A stretch of DNA of 64,000 nucleotides, taken from positions 1 through 64,000 of the forward strand of contig NMRA01000216.1 in NCBI GenBank assembly GCA_002633005.1, in the 5' to 3' direction. A model generated the notes under the pieces. The model was not told where the DNA came from, did not search any database, and was given only the letters and a program-made list of their open reading frames with translations. Shown piece by piece: positions 26,901-41,900 of the stretch. The position numbers and the translations under genes are program-made. How positions within the stretch are numbered: the first letter of the stretch is position 1; every line of letters starts with the position of its first letter. This DNA is from Phoronis australis. Lineage: Eukaryota > Animalia > Phoronida.

Positions 26901-29900
26901 TTCACCCAAATCGTATTGTATTCCCCCAGTTTCGGATTTCGAGGCTGACATGATAGGAGCGGCCCAGGCCAATGATAGCCGTAACCTTGTCGCGATAGTT
27001 GAACATGAGGAAGGGGTAGCGGATGAAGAGGAGGCTGAGGAAACCAGCAAGGGTCACGCGGATGAGGTGCACCTTATTGCTGCCAAGACCTCCATGACTA
27101 TGGAAGATATCAATGTTCTAAGTATGTATACTATGGTGAAGGTTGTATAGAACGTTATCGGCAAGCCTGACTGTGTATTAAGCCAACATTAACTTGATAT
27201 TTCTAAGAGTAGAAGATCTGACTGTTAGAATTTGATTTCTTTTTTGCTTATTACCTACTTGCTGTTAAAATGGGTCACATGACCATAGTAAAATTTAGCA
27301 AAAGGTATCAATGTCATGACTGAATTTCATTTGATACGAATGTTGAAGATGAAATCTCAAAAATGCTGTTACAGTATTCTAAGTTATACATTTATTTAAC
27401 TTTTTGGTTTTTTTTCACGAAAATCATAAAAGTCATACAAAAATTTAACACGATATTAGAAACAATATTCCTTATTGATAGTATTTGTAGACCAGTGCAT
27501 AAAACATAGTATCTGAAGATTTCACATGAATCCAGTCTGCCATTTCTGGGATATGATTTTGCGCAGTAAGCGAAATCAATTTGGACATATTTTCTAGGCT
27601 GAAAAATAACCTACACTTTAGGACATAGCAGGGCTGCAAAGTGGGATTTTGTTTTGTCAAATTCCTCACCACAAGTAAATACTAACTAAAGAAAATTTTG
27701 CTTATTAAATACTTTAATTTGTTATTAGCATGAGTGACAACATTTCAGTCTGTTAATTTCAGTGCATTATTCTTAGCCATGTAGTAAGCCTTGCAATTAT
27801 GTTTGTCTCAAATTGAGGATTTTTTTGCATATNTTTTGTGTTCAAGTCCACACATTTTCAGTGCTGACATGACATGTTCCAAGCTGTGTCTTGTAGTTGA
27901 GGGAAAACCAAGAATACACTGATGTTATAGAGCATGTGTCAGGCGGGGCATTTTACATTCTAGTAGTTAAGACTGTGTCATTAAATTCTGAGTCCATGAT
28001 TAAGATAGTTTATTGTTTATTTCTTTCAGAGCTGCATTATGATGAAAATGATCCTCAAAATGGGCCGAGTGTCTCAGGCCTTATCAGAACCTACCTTGGT
28101 AAACTTACCTCATTGATGTCTACGAATGTTACCACCAAGACAATGCTGGATGTTGAATCTAAGGTACATACTTTGTGAACAACATAGTGCTGGCTTATTA
28201 GTAAGTATTGGATGTCCGTGGGAACTTAGTGAACAACTTAGCACTGACTTTAATAGTAGTCGTGTAGGCTCCATATTATGTGGTGAGATACACTTGACTG
28301 TATTAAGCCATTGATCATCCAGGGAATAATTTCTTTCATTAAAAGTCAGTGACTTAAAGTTATCTCAAACCTTATTTAGAGGTCTCCATTCTACCTCTTA
28401 TATCAAAAAACCAGGCTTTGTGAACTAGTGGAAGTATTATTTTGTGAAAGAAAAAATACCAGGGATTTAGAAAAAGTGTTTTATGTTTATCTGCCATTAC
28501 TGTTATTGTATACGTTAACAGCTTTTTTAGTCAGAATTTATTTCATTTTTAACTTAGTTACATTGAATTCGTAGGAAAACTTGTCGATTTAACCTGTTTT
28601 AAAAATTCTGTTAGGAATTTCCGATCAGTCTTTTAGTTTGGTTTCCATGGCAAATCAACTCACAAAACATAATTAAGTTATTTTGAAAAAGTAGCAGCCG
28701 TGTTCGTCCTTTTTACATTACACAAAAATTAAGCGTTTATATCCTATTAAACAGCTTTTTTGATGAATAAATTAAGTTTGGAAAGTTTCAGCGAAATCCA
28801 CTGTGCCGTTTTCGAGAACTCATGTTCCTAAGTTCAAATTAAATCGATTTGCCAAAGCCAAGTAAAAGCTCAGTGGAGTGGGTTAGGGAAAGCTAATTAA
28901 TCAGAATTTTTGTTTTGGGAAAATCTGTTGAAAGATTGAAATCAACATGTTTCAAAATCTATCTGTTGTACCCAGTGACGTTTAACTAAATTTGCCAAAA
29001 AATGAGACTTTTGAGAAATATCATTTTTATTCTTTGAGAGTCCATGTTGTGTTTCCCACTGGAATTGTTTTTCTTTTAGTCCACGTGTAATATTATCACA
29101 CTAAAAAAGGTATTGTTTTTAAAAAAATGTGATGTGATTGAAGTTAATAGCTGTGGTATATTTTTGTGGTGCAAATATTTCACTTTTTAGTAAACCTAAG
29201 TTTCAAGTAGTTCACTCTGCCATAGTCTGCATTATTTTACTCCATGATACTATGTGACGATTCAATTTCAAGGATTGTTAATCGACATTATTCACATTTC
29301 TGAGGTCTTCAATGGTGATGATATCTAAATGATTCGAGTATTGTCTGGGAATTAAAGTACATTATGTAGTCACATTTCTCTACAGACCCCTCCCTCGCCT
29401 ACATTTGGAAGGCGTGGTACAAAGCATATGGATAACCTACCCTCAAATATAGCCCCTGTGCAGGTAAAACCAATCCAGTTTTAAATTAGTCACGCGCATT
29501 CACAATGTAACGTCTCCTAACCACATCGTCATATGTATGTTAATTTTTACACAGTCTAGATATCGCCGCTTTCCTTTGCCATTTTACGCAATCAAGTCGA
29601 GTCAAACATGAAAATTTGAAGTTCGTTACCCACGCGCACTATGTACTGTTCTCTAACCTCATCTTCCATGTTTATTTATTAATTGCTAAACATTTTGAGT
29701 TAGATGTCATTGCTTACTTTCACCACAATTATCCAACACAATTTCCTGTATAATAGTGCAAACTTTCACCACAATTACCCACAATTTCCTGTATAATAGT
29801 GCAAACTTTCACCACAATTACCCACAGTTTCCTGTATAATAGTGCAAACTTTCACCACAATTACCCACAATTTCCTGTATAATAGTGCAATGCCACGTTA

Positions 29901-32900
29901 ACCATCACATTGTGGTTATCTGTACCTTGTTCAGCATGCGTTCCATTATGCTGTCCTCCAGTCCTATAGCACTGCATTACAATATTGTTGTCATAAGACA
30001 GTGATTATTGCTGGAGTAATCCCAGAAATTTTCATTATGGTTAGGCATGCTAATTCACTTAACATGTGTAGTGCTTGTTATCAGACTACTCTTATATTCA
30101 AGAAGTTAGTGCTAATAACTTTTAAATTATTTTTTTTGTATTTCTGATCATGTCCTTTCATTGCTTAATTGTTACTTACTTACAAGTTAATGTAATTTGT
30201 TGAATTTTGTTTATTATTCTGTGTAATAATTTTAATTTTCTAACCTTAATTTTACCACTCACCAATAGTTTGCCTTTTGTCAGTCATTTATTTGTCTTTA
30301 ATTAACTCTTTCATGCAGTTTGTTAATTGCAAACACATTTTACATTTATTTATTAATTATAAAATTTTGGATATTTATTTCTTACGAGTTCGTCCTATGA
30401 ATGTCATCTAGGTTCAGTCAGTGTTATTTTGTACTAAATTGGCTACCATATCTAATAAATGATCTCTTGTAATAGAACTGAGCAATAATAGTTGATGATT
30501 ATTTTCTTGTTATTAATGTTCATTACACCCAATGTGACTTTCATTTCCAATGACTTGTTGTTATTCAGTTTGTTAAACAAGGTTTCTCACATAATGTTGT
30601 GTTGAGAGGTAGCAAGTATGGGAAGGATCTGATGTGCTCGTGAAGTTAATACCAGTGGTTCTGTATTGGTTTGGTTCTTGTTAATGTTCAACTTACTCAG
30701 TGACTGACTGTAAAACCAGCTTTCATCTAAAAGAACAACTTTAACTTGATTCCACAACTTGCCATCGCGACGTTGGTCATAAATTGTTACAGAGTCAAAG
30801 TAGAACATGATTTTTGGGCTGATGGTTCATTGTTGTATGAAACTAGGCTCTACAAGTTGACTTTTAATGGATTGCCTTTTTATTTTTTTGACTGAACATG
30901 GGTTTATACCCTATTTCATGTTCTTCTTCTTACACAGGACAAGGACAACTATGAAGACACGTATACTAAGTTTTTGGTTACGGTGCAAGAAATGGAGCGC
31001 TTCCTTGGTGCTTACCTCAATATCTTGTTTCTCAGGAAGATTAAAACTTGGGAGGGACTGGACGTCTTGATGAGGTATCTTCACAACTGATCTTGTTGTT
31101 GTTATACCATGAATTCAGTTAAGAAAAGTTAAACGCCAGGGGCATTTCACTGCAGCTGTTTAGCTGTCTAATATCATAAATTGATTTCTTAACCAAATTG
31201 CTTTGGTGTTTGGAAAAATGACCGCAGTCATCAGAATGATGTTAAGAAAGGTGTCGGCAATTCAAGCAAAGACAATGCGAATGGGCAGTTTTTTCGTCCT
31301 GCCTGGCTCACTTGAATTACCGATTGGGTCACGAGAAAGATGCTTTAATTTGTGCTCTAACTATGCTGAAGAGTATGTTCTGTTGCTAAATGGGTAGTTC
31401 ATTGAGTTAGTCTCAGTAAGACTTTGGGCTTTGCAGTTAGTGAGATATTCTGTTGCTCTGCCAGGTTCACGGCCATACAGCCACGGCCAGGCATTCGTGT
31501 GGTGATCGCTGAAAAGTATGCCGAGCTGTTTGTCTGGTACGAGAGTGATTTGGAAGATGTCCGTGAAGTCTATGATGAGCTGAAGGTTAGAGTTGGAACT
31601 TCTACGTTATTGTACCACACTCGCATGTATTTGAACTATTTCTTCATTGACCATTCCAGTATGTATCTAGTCAACTTGCAACAAGCACAATGAAAGCCCT
31701 TGGCTTGTCTTCAAAGGACAATGATTAAGAAATCAGTAGAATCCAGTGTATATATTAAGCATCTTTAGTATGTTAATCTTGAACCAGCATGGAAATAGAT
31801 GTTAGGTCACGGGCTGTGGCCAACAGGTGGCGTGCAGACCAGACTTAAATGTTTGTAGTAACAGAATCCTGTATTGTTATTTAGTCCAAGTATTTCAGCT
31901 TTAAGTTTAAAGTTGGGCAATAGTTCACTTTTACACTGAAAGGCCATCTTTGAGACCAATTGTACGCAATGAATTGTGTTCTAGTAAAAAACGAGTGTTC
32001 ATAACTATAACTGGACTTGTGAATTTTGGAGAAACAGATCGTAATTGGACACAAAGAGTGTTTATTATTTTTAGTCTGCTGTATTGTTTACATCTCAATT
32101 ACTTTGTTTAGGAAAGCCCTCCGCGGTTACGTAATGCACCACCTGTTGCCGGTGCCATCCACTGGTCGAGGCAATTACTACGGCAAATTGAAGAACCAAT
32201 GAAGATATTCCGGGACAACCGAACTGTGACCGGCCTTGTCGACTTTGGCCGTGTAGTCAAGTCCTACAACAAGATTGCCACTGCCCTGGTCACGTTTGAG
32301 AGCCTTTGGTACAGCCAGTGGAAGACCCAGATCGAGCATGTGAAGAGTGGGCTAAGGGCAACACTTCTAATACATCATCCGGAGACTAGACATGTTGTGG
32401 TCAATGCTGATGATCGGTAAGTGATGGAATCATAAAAAATAATAATATAAATTAAAAGTGCCAAATTTTCAGGTAAAAAACATTTCATGGACAGTCTAGC
32501 AGATGTTGCACGCACAAAGGATTTTATCTGATTAAAGGAAAATGTGACGTATTTGAAAGTCTTTTGGATCGAATTCAAACAATTTTTCTGTGGCTCTCTA
32601 TCCGAGTTTTGTAAAGATTCGAGTGATGTACATCCGAGTTGTGTAAGTTTTGGCGAGGCTGGGTTAAATGATGCTTGGGACAAAAAAATATGCATTGCAT
32701 AATCCGATGAAATGAAGTGTTGCTACAGGATAACCTGGAAAACATCTGAATTCCTTTCCAGGAAGCTTGTGTCTAAATTTGTTTCTGCAGTACTTGGTAA
32801 TAGCTTTTTTAAAACTTTTTATAGCATTCTCGAGCTGATCCATGAATCCAAATGGCTGACTCGGCTGGGCATCCAGATCCCTGAGGGAGCCCAGCACGTG

Positions 32901-35900
32901 CTGAATCAAGAGCAACGGTTCAAGAAGTACAAGAGCCACCTGGAGCTGTGTCTTGAAGAATTCCAGCAGGTCGTCGACTCCATCCCCGACGGATTGGAGG
33001 AGATGTTCACTCCACACGTAGATCAAGTGACGGCCAACTTCCAGCCAGGATTGTCTACGCTTGCCTGGAACAGCATGAATATTGGTAGGTTTCAGGGGCG
33101 TGGGGAAGGGACAACTTCCACCCGGGACTGTTCGCGGTTGGGGAGGGTCAGTTTTCAACCGGGACCGCCTACGTTGACCTGAATCAGGCTGAATGTACAA
33201 GGTATGTTCAGGCTCATGTGAGGGGGCGGAGAAATAGGCATCGGATCGTAAAAGAGCTTTTTTGTCCCTGGTCATCTTGTTTCGGGTTCTAGTAGTGTGA
33301 ATGTTGTATTAATAGTTCATGTCAAAAATAATGAACAAAACAACTAGAATCTCCTGCCATGACAGTTGAGCACAGGCGGAATTCCCTGTCATAATGACCC
33401 AGTGCTAACAAATGTCAATAACGGGAACGATAATTTATGACAGATCTTTGCCCATCATGAAGGGAAGCGTTTTGTATCAGTCGCTTGCGAGGTATATGGT
33501 TATTGCACCCTTGTCGCTCATTCTCCGTAATGTGGATTGACCGAGGTGTTACGAAATTTTGATTAAAATCAATGTTTTTGTCCTCAGATGCTTTCCTGCA
33601 TCAAATCCATGTATCAACGGCCAATCTCAAGTTACTAGTTGAGGGAGTCAACAATGTTATGAAGAAGAAAGTGGAAGATACCATTCAGAAGATCAAGGAA
33701 ATGTTCCTCTTCAACTATGACTTGGCCTTCTCCAAGGCATGGGTAAGTATTGTTCAAATAGGTCAGTCTAGCTAGTATTCAGATGACATAGAATGTACAA
33801 GTTGCACAGTGGCGTTTTTTAAGTCTCTGACTTTAGCCATGTTAGTGGCACTAAACATCGTTATGTACTGCTAATTAGTTTACAGGTTGTTACCTGTTCA
33901 GTTGTTTTTATTTTTCGGTACTTTGATTTCACCTATAGTATTCTTTTTGGGGCTCAAGTACCCTTAAGTAATGCTAAACAGCATTTATTTAGCACTTAAT
34001 GGTGAACATATTTCAAATTTCCACAGCATTTATTCTAATAAGTATCAAGTCAATTCCTAATCATTATATGACCTTGATGTCTTTTATTGCCATTCAAGTC
34101 ATGCATGACTATTCATATCAGATCCAGCCACTGCGCCTTCTTGTTGGTTTTCTCTTCTGTGGTGCCTTATTCTGTTTTAGTGTGGTAAACACCAATTTTT
34201 GCACCGTGTGGATCTTTGTTGCGAAGTAATCAATTTCTTGTTGACACTCCGATTTGTTCCTGCTACCAGCGAATCCAATGATTTTAGTTCTGTGTTTAAA
34301 GTGACTGGGATGTTTCAGTGTCGTAATGTAGACACGTCAACATTGTTATTACAGCCCCCTGGCAACTTCACTGAACAAATCTTGGAGTCTGTTAGCGAAA
34401 GAAGTGCGCTGTTGTGTGACTATGTGAAGACCATCGAGTCTGGCATGCAGGAAATGGTGTCCATGTTAACCAAGAGGAAGGTTAGTGTACTCATTGTGAT
34501 GACAATCTATTGTGTCATCCTCCTGGTACCCCTCATCCTTAGTGCAGATTGTGCTGTATATTAAAGACATTGACTTGAGACCTGCATGTTGAGGGAAATT
34601 GTAATATAAGAATTCATATCACAGTATCCACGCACTTTCCAAGAAAAATATGAACAGCTTGATACTGTTTTTCAAAAATGGCTTTTGTTTTGAAATGTTA
34701 TTTGTTGAAGCTAAAGGCTGCTTAAACCAATTTTAAATCAGATTCTATTATTAAAAAATATTATGGTTTCCTGAAGGAATTATTTTAAAACAAGTATTTT
34801 GATGTCAGCCATATTTACTCTTAAGCCGGTTCCATTTTAATTCAGACTTTTTATTTCAATTGGTAATAGTTAGATCATTGTCATTAGGGGGTGCTATCAA
34901 TGAGCTTGCTAGGATGTATGCATTTAGGAAGGTCTATAATTTTGACCATTCGTTTTTAAAAATGTGCAAAGTGTTGTTGTTCTATGTTTTCCTTTTTTTA
35001 TATTTTTCTTGTTTTCTCTCGTATGCTATTGTCATTCCCCGTTCTTGTTGTTATCCCTGTTTGTAGGTGTCATTCCTCGGCATGTCCACAGCCAGAGCTG
35101 CGGTCAAAATGTGGCGTAAACAGACAAAGAAGAACCGTCGCTACAACCGCCGTGTTCGTACCCTTGTGTTGTGTGCCAAGCATGAGAGTGTATCTATTGT
35201 ACCATAGTTTATATTGTAACCTGTGTTTTTGATGACCGTAGTGGAAAACGAGTGGGCTGGTTAACTGCACATGGATGAAATTTTTAGCTTCACATACAAC
35301 ACATGCAAAAAGTAAACTGACATAGTGCAATTTCCCTTGGTCGCCTGTCATGACGGATGAATTCTGTTTGTGCTCAGCTGTCATGACTGGAAGTTCTGTT
35401 TCATTTTGTCTTGATTATTTAAGCCTTCACTGTATTTATTGTGTAATCTATTTATTAATTACTTAATCTAGATCTTTGTAGGTTTGTTGAAGACATGGAG
35501 AAAACACCTGACGTGAAAACATTGGCAAGGGGCACATGGTCGCCGTGTACAAAAGACTCGGGGTCCCCCTGTTGATTGAAAAATTTTATCATTCAATACT
35601 ACCGGAATGTGTTTCTTTGCTTTGTTGATACACTACGTTGCCCCTTGCCGACCCCCTTGAATACTTCTGGCGTAGCACAGCATTGCCATGGCAGCGTGTT
35701 CAGGTGTTTTCTTTTTGATGCTTTAAAGGAGTGACTGGTCTTAGTGTGCAGTAATTTGTTTTTTTCTTACAGCGTGGTTATCATGCATGGTCATGCTCAC
35801 CCTATTATGTTGTTTATGACTCATTTCTGTGATGACTCATTTATTATTTAATAATTGCTGATTTTATTCTACCCAGGATGAGTCGCAACACAGCTCATTG

Positions 35901-38900
35901 TTGTCACTTCTGGAGTTGCCTGATCCGGTACTTTGTGTTTGTTTGAAGTTGGGTTTACTGTTGAGTTTTATGAAAAAAAAAAACAGTTTAACTGCACTTT
36001 AAACTTTGTCTAGCTTTTCTAGAAAGCCATGGGCATTAGCTAAAGAATTCAGATAAGCAGCAAATTGCTTTGTACTATCAAAAAATTAAAGGTTGGACAT
36101 GACATGAACATTGAATAATGCCTGGCTAAATTTTGTTTTGCAGGAGAAAGTTAAATAACTAAAAAAATTTTTTAAGTCAAAATTGAAATTTAGTGTCATT
36201 TTGTCAATTTGCTGTTTTCTGTAAACAGTTAAATTATCGTTCATAATAATCGCATTTGACAGATGAAGTAGATTCTCCAACTTATTCTTCAACTTTCTAT
36301 GTTGAGTTTTACGTCATATAGTCTTATTGCAGTAAGTGTTTATATCATTAGTATCAGTGGTGCTGCCTGTTCAACATCTCCATTTTGGACTTGGATTGGG
36401 TAACTAGTCCGCATGGTGGCGTATAATTTTGCGGTTAAGTATGAGACTGTGTTGTTCACAGTCACATAATAGACCTTTTGAACTTGTTATGCAAGGTCGG
36501 TGAAAGTTATTCTTTGTGAACCCTGCCGATTGTCATACAACTGTCCCAGTTGGCATTTGTAAGTTAACACAGGCTAACAAAGACTGAAATGATGACTGTT
36601 TTATTACCCCTATGCATTTTTAATAGCACAGCCCGGAATGTCGAGCCTGGCCCTGTCACAGTTAGCTCTCTGGTTGTTATGTTTTCAGTACGAGTATATA
36701 TGTGCTCATGGGACATACAACTTTAACAAGAAGTCACGATCTCCTCAAGGAAAATTCAACCAAAATGTAAATTTGCATTGCATTTTTGTTCATTCTTTTT
36801 GAATGTTTGTTACCCTTCAAGCCTTACTATGTTGAATTGAAATTAGATTGAGTAGTTGAAATATGTTGATATCTACTACGTTCAAAATATGTTAAAAATT
36901 GTATATATTTAGTAATTGGAATCATTGTGTTGTAACAAATGATAAAAGAAAATAATTTCAGGGATTCTGTTTGACTTTTGTTCAGAGTGAGAGTCTTGTG
37001 ATTCAGTAAGTGTTCTTTTTACATCGGTTCCGAATTAATCTGTTGACACCAGAATGACCCGTTGATATCACTTTCAGCTTAGGTACAGAAAGAAGTCTCC
37101 TTCTCCTGTACGCAAAAAGAAATCTCAAAAAACCACTTCCCGAAAGAGGCGAACATCATCTGCCCCCACCTGGGAGCAGGCCTGTTCAACCACTCGGACA
37201 GTCCATTTTCAAAGTCACCCAAATGTTAGTCAAGATGTTAAGGACTTTGATTGGTTCATGACTCTGTTTAGGTTTTGTTATTGTTAGTCTTCCGTTTTTT
37301 GTGTTCTGCTGTAACAAGACGTTGATGACATGCCTGTCCAGTGAAATGAATGTGTTCAGCCCCAAGACTGATTGTGTCACTCTATGATTAACCCGTGGGC
37401 TAAACACACAGCCTATTTAATAAGATTCAGACTCTGTGCTATTGTTTCATTCCCCATTCAAATTGAGCAAAAATAAGACTGGGTCTTTTTGGCAGAGGTT
37501 ATAAAAACATAATTAGAAAACAGTAGCACCATGTCAATTTGGCTGAAGTGACTGAGTGTCCACACATTCCCATTAACCCATGTGCGGAGAACTGTTGTTT
37601 CCAACCATTAACAGTAGAATACTTGTCTGACAGAGTTCTTCCTGAAGAAATCCCACTGGGTTTCAGTTAATTTCAAGTCAAATACTTCAATTTGAATTTT
37701 ACTAACTGAACATTTGAATGAGTTGTGGTGCTTTTGTACTAATAAGTAAATTTTTCGTTTTGCAGGAATCTGGATTATGTTACTATGCATTGTGCGTAAA
37801 ACTGACAGTTGTTGTGTGATTCGTTTCTATCTTTGATTTTCAGACTCTTAGTTTCTTTCAACTGCGTGCTTTACTTAAGCTGAAGCGTATTTGGAAGGAA
37901 AAGCTCGCGCGACGTATGCAAGCGAAATACAACATGAAGCCATGGAAATACCCTCAGTACAAGAACAAATTGTCTACGGTGGTTCATTGAATTTTTTGTT
38001 CATTAAGCACTTACGGTACCACTGTAACATCATGGGATAGAGCAGGACTCCAAAGTTGGAAGAATTATTGTAAAACTTCCAATCAATTTCTAACTAAAGC
38101 TGCCTTGTTTTCAAAGTTACGTACTGGTTACTTATGGTTAAATGAGGCATTCTCGTATTGAAATAAGATTTCTCACGAGTCTCAAACAATTCTTTGGCCC
38201 AGTTCAGTTGAAAGTGGGTGCAATAGATATGTTGTGATTTCTTTCGCTGCAAAATATGCAAAAATTTGAATTTGAATTAAGTGTAATTAGCTTTCAAAAA
38301 TTTAATGTTTAGGAGTGGAAATACACTCCGTGGCTTTAGGATGTTTATACACTCCTTACCCATACCACATTTGGTGCATGGTTAGGACATTGATTAGAAA
38401 ACGATAACATAGATGGGGTTACTGTTCGCTCCATTTGCTCCATCTCATGGTGTTTTAGTTTGCTATTTCCATGCAGTATATTGCACTGTCCTCCCTCCAT
38501 GAACCAATGCGGTTTTGCCTCTGTCATTAACATAACTGTAAATAGGTCATGTTTAATGAAAGACATTCAGCTGTTCACTGCCTGACTGAATCATGTAGAT
38601 TGATTATAAGCAGGAGAAACCCCGGAAAACGGAATTTTGTTTGGCACACTTGTTGCCCTTAGCAAACACCCTCCGCATTGAAAATAAATCCTGCTAGTTT
38701 CGTGAATCCTCAAAACGTCATTTGTGTGTCAATCGTTTTTTTCTTCCGGATTATAAGTTTGAGATAAATCGTTCACTTGCTTCTCACACTTTAGAATTTA
38801 CATAGTAAATAACCGCTTTAAACCTTGTAATTGTAGTCTAATCATCTTCAGGGCCTCTTACTTTCAGAGCACTACCGACATCTGAGCACCAAGAAAACAA

Positions 38901-41900
38901 CAGTCAACTTTGGCATGGTTGCATTGACATCATTACTGTCTTAGCACAAGCTCAGACTTTCTTTCAAGTGTCAGTCTGTTTGTTTTAATTCCAGGCTGTG
39001 GTTCCTGAGACATGGTTGTCTCCCGAATAATTCTCTGCACCATTAACAGCGTTGTGTTCGGTTTACTTGCTAACAATGAATTGAGTAGCGTAGACGTGTA
39101 CTTTCATTGTCTAATATGTTTCAGTTGGTTAAGTGCACTGCATCGGTACACAATTGGAATTATTTCTCACTTTAAACGGACATTCTGTGCACATGTTATG
39201 TGTGTCAACATATTAGCATTGGCTGCACTTGAGTCACTCTGGGCCATGGCTGCACTTGAGTCACTCTGGGCCCTGGCTGCACTTGAGTCACTCTGGGCCC
39301 TGGTTCAGCCGCATCAATTAGCTAAGACATCAGGCCCTGGGTCAAGTTATTTTTAACATTATTTTTCTGTTTAATTTTTGTATAAACTCGAGATAAATAC
39401 CCTGAAGAGCATTATGGTTTGCATGCCTTTGAACGACTTGATGACCCCATTAAAATTTGTATCTCTAATCTAGTGGAGTCATCAAGTACAAACTAAGACA
39501 AGACTCTCAGTTTGTAAACCAAAATATACTCATGCACAAGACAGGATGCCTTCGTTGAAAAAAAAGCAGAAACTTACGGAAAATGTGAAAAGTAATTTGG
39601 AGTTTAATTTTGAGTTGGGAGATTAGACCCTGAGCACTGTTGACTCTTGATTGATGACTTCTGACCTACAAACAGATGTCTTGGCTTGTTGACCCGGTGG
39701 ATCTGTCAAACTTGCCATGTCTTTAAATAGTGAAGGACAAATAAGCTTGATTTGCCACTCTAGGTTGTAGAATTAATCTAGTTATGTCGAGTTTTTGTGG
39801 TGAAATGTTGATACTTAGCCATCAACTATTACATCAACTAATAGTAATTTGTAAATTCTGAAGAAAGAATTTCAGTCTTATAATTGACTTAAGGTTGAAC
39901 ATGTCAGAGAAGGGAAAATCTGAAATCAAAGTAAATGACAATAAAATAGATGAAGACCTGTCAGCTTTTTAAACAAAGTTTAATTGGTATTCAAAAAGCA
40001 AAATTTGCCTAATTATGCTGTTTTGGGAGGACTTTATCTTTGTTTTGGAAGTTAGACAAAACCCAAGACATTGTACAAGACCATCCAACCGCATGCACCT
40101 TCGTACAACTCTTGGGTTACAGTAATTCTCCACTTATTTTCAACTGTCTAATTGTCATTTTCAAACACTGGTTACTTTAATATTATTACGAAGTTAATGG
40201 AAATTTACCAAAAATTTATCAAAAGTTAATTTATGACGTTTTCACAGTACACAATGCTTAGTAATAGGGCTAAAATTTTCTTAATCTTTATTTTTGTGGA
40301 GAATTTGACAAAAGAGAATTTCACATGTCCGCCATTGTGTGCTTCGTTGAATTCCCATAATGCAACCGCTAATGGTCACATTCTAATGTATTGATATTAT
40401 CTACTTGTAGCTTGATGGTGACACGTTTGCCTTTTCTGCCATTGACAAACCTGATGGGTTTGATAGTCAGGAAGATAGGCAGGTGGCTGACTTGTTGAGT
40501 AAGTTCTATATTGAATTCAACCACACACAAATCTATCATGTAATATGTCTGGCAAGTAGTTAGTTATTAATGAAATGATGTGATCTAGTCTTCAACTCTG
40601 TCTTGCACCCAGTTGCTTTATCTCGCCACGTTGTCTGGTATTTTTATGTTTTGAACTCATGAATGTTATGTACAGTAAAACAGCAACCTGAAGGCGTTCA
40701 CTATGATTCAACAAGAAGCCTTTAGTTTTTGCAGATTCAAACCTGAATTGCCTCTGATATGTGTTGCTGAAAACATCACATTTTGAATTATATATTCATT
40801 GTTTTAAATTAGATATTCTGAAACTGACCCCACTTGTTCCTCCTGAATCTCTTGATAATGAGCTAATAACCACCATTTGGTCTTCACCATGGTAGTAAGC
40901 TCCATACAGAAGAGGTCACCTTTCACTTTTCACCAAAACCACGTTATCACTATCACTGACTATTCACTCTTAGTCTTGTCATTCACAAGTTCAGCAAGAA
41001 CTGATCAGTTTACTGTCAAATGTTCAACCCTTGTTAGGGTTATCAGATTCGCGCTTGTGGATAGTCAGTCACACACTGTTGTAGCTGGGTGCCTAATAGT
41101 CAAATGCATTGGCTTAATGTAATTCTGTGTTTTGCAGAGGACTATTGTAATCAGATCTACGATGCAGTGCTGTTTGCCACCACACGTTCTCTTGTCACGC
41201 TGGCCGAGGCATCGGGTTGTCAAGGGGAGACTGTTAGATCTGTCAGTGCTATGTCACAACATTCACTTGGAAGTAACAGGTTGGTTCAGTGTTCACTTGC
41301 ACAGAAGCACCTTATAGTGTGGACATAAACATCTCATGACACACCTGGTACAGGTGAAAATTCTAGCCAAAACCCAATTAGATTAATTGTGAACTGAAAG
41401 AAGGTTAAGTAATTAAATCATAAATTAATTTAATTCTCTTTGATACATTTTATCACATGATCTGGATTGTGTGTAAATGTATTTTTGATGTAAAATGACT
41501 GTTTCTTGGCATTTTTGCATACTGGTTTACAAGCATGTCATGTTGGGTTTTGAGTGACCGCTTTTAAAGCAATGTTATCACTGAAGATGACACCTTCAAT
41601 AAATGAATAAAATTATAATCGTTAAATTTTTTACATTGAATGCGATAAGCTTGTAACCAGTTAAAACTGATATTAAATTATGTAAGCAATTGATGTCAAT
41701 TTGTAGAGTCTAAAAATTATGCTTATGGATTAGTTTTAANCCCATTCCCTGCCAACACAATAGAGAGCCATCTGGCTGGGCTGCCAACAGTCAACAGGCA
41801 CATTTATGAAATAAGGAGTTGTCATAAAGGATTACATTTAGGGGACCAAGCAGTCCAAGCAACTGGACTGAATGCAATAGGCTACTGTAATCCCATTTAT

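Noticed and set aside
27833-27833. Single N as another duplication junction
   Set aside because: No duplicated flanks were visible around it.
31075-31464. Possible U12-type intron (donor GTATCTTC)
   Set aside because: Does not match GTATCCTT, and there is no TCCTTAAC branch site near the acceptor.
32664-33275. 203-aa minus-strand ORF and similar antisense ORFs (17627, 49098, 54190, 60905)
   Set aside because: Antisense shadows of GC-richer dynein exons with no recognisable domains.
39012-39356. ORF with ALAALESLW repeats
   Set aside because: Produced by a 27-bp tandem repeat in an intron; no other coding signal.
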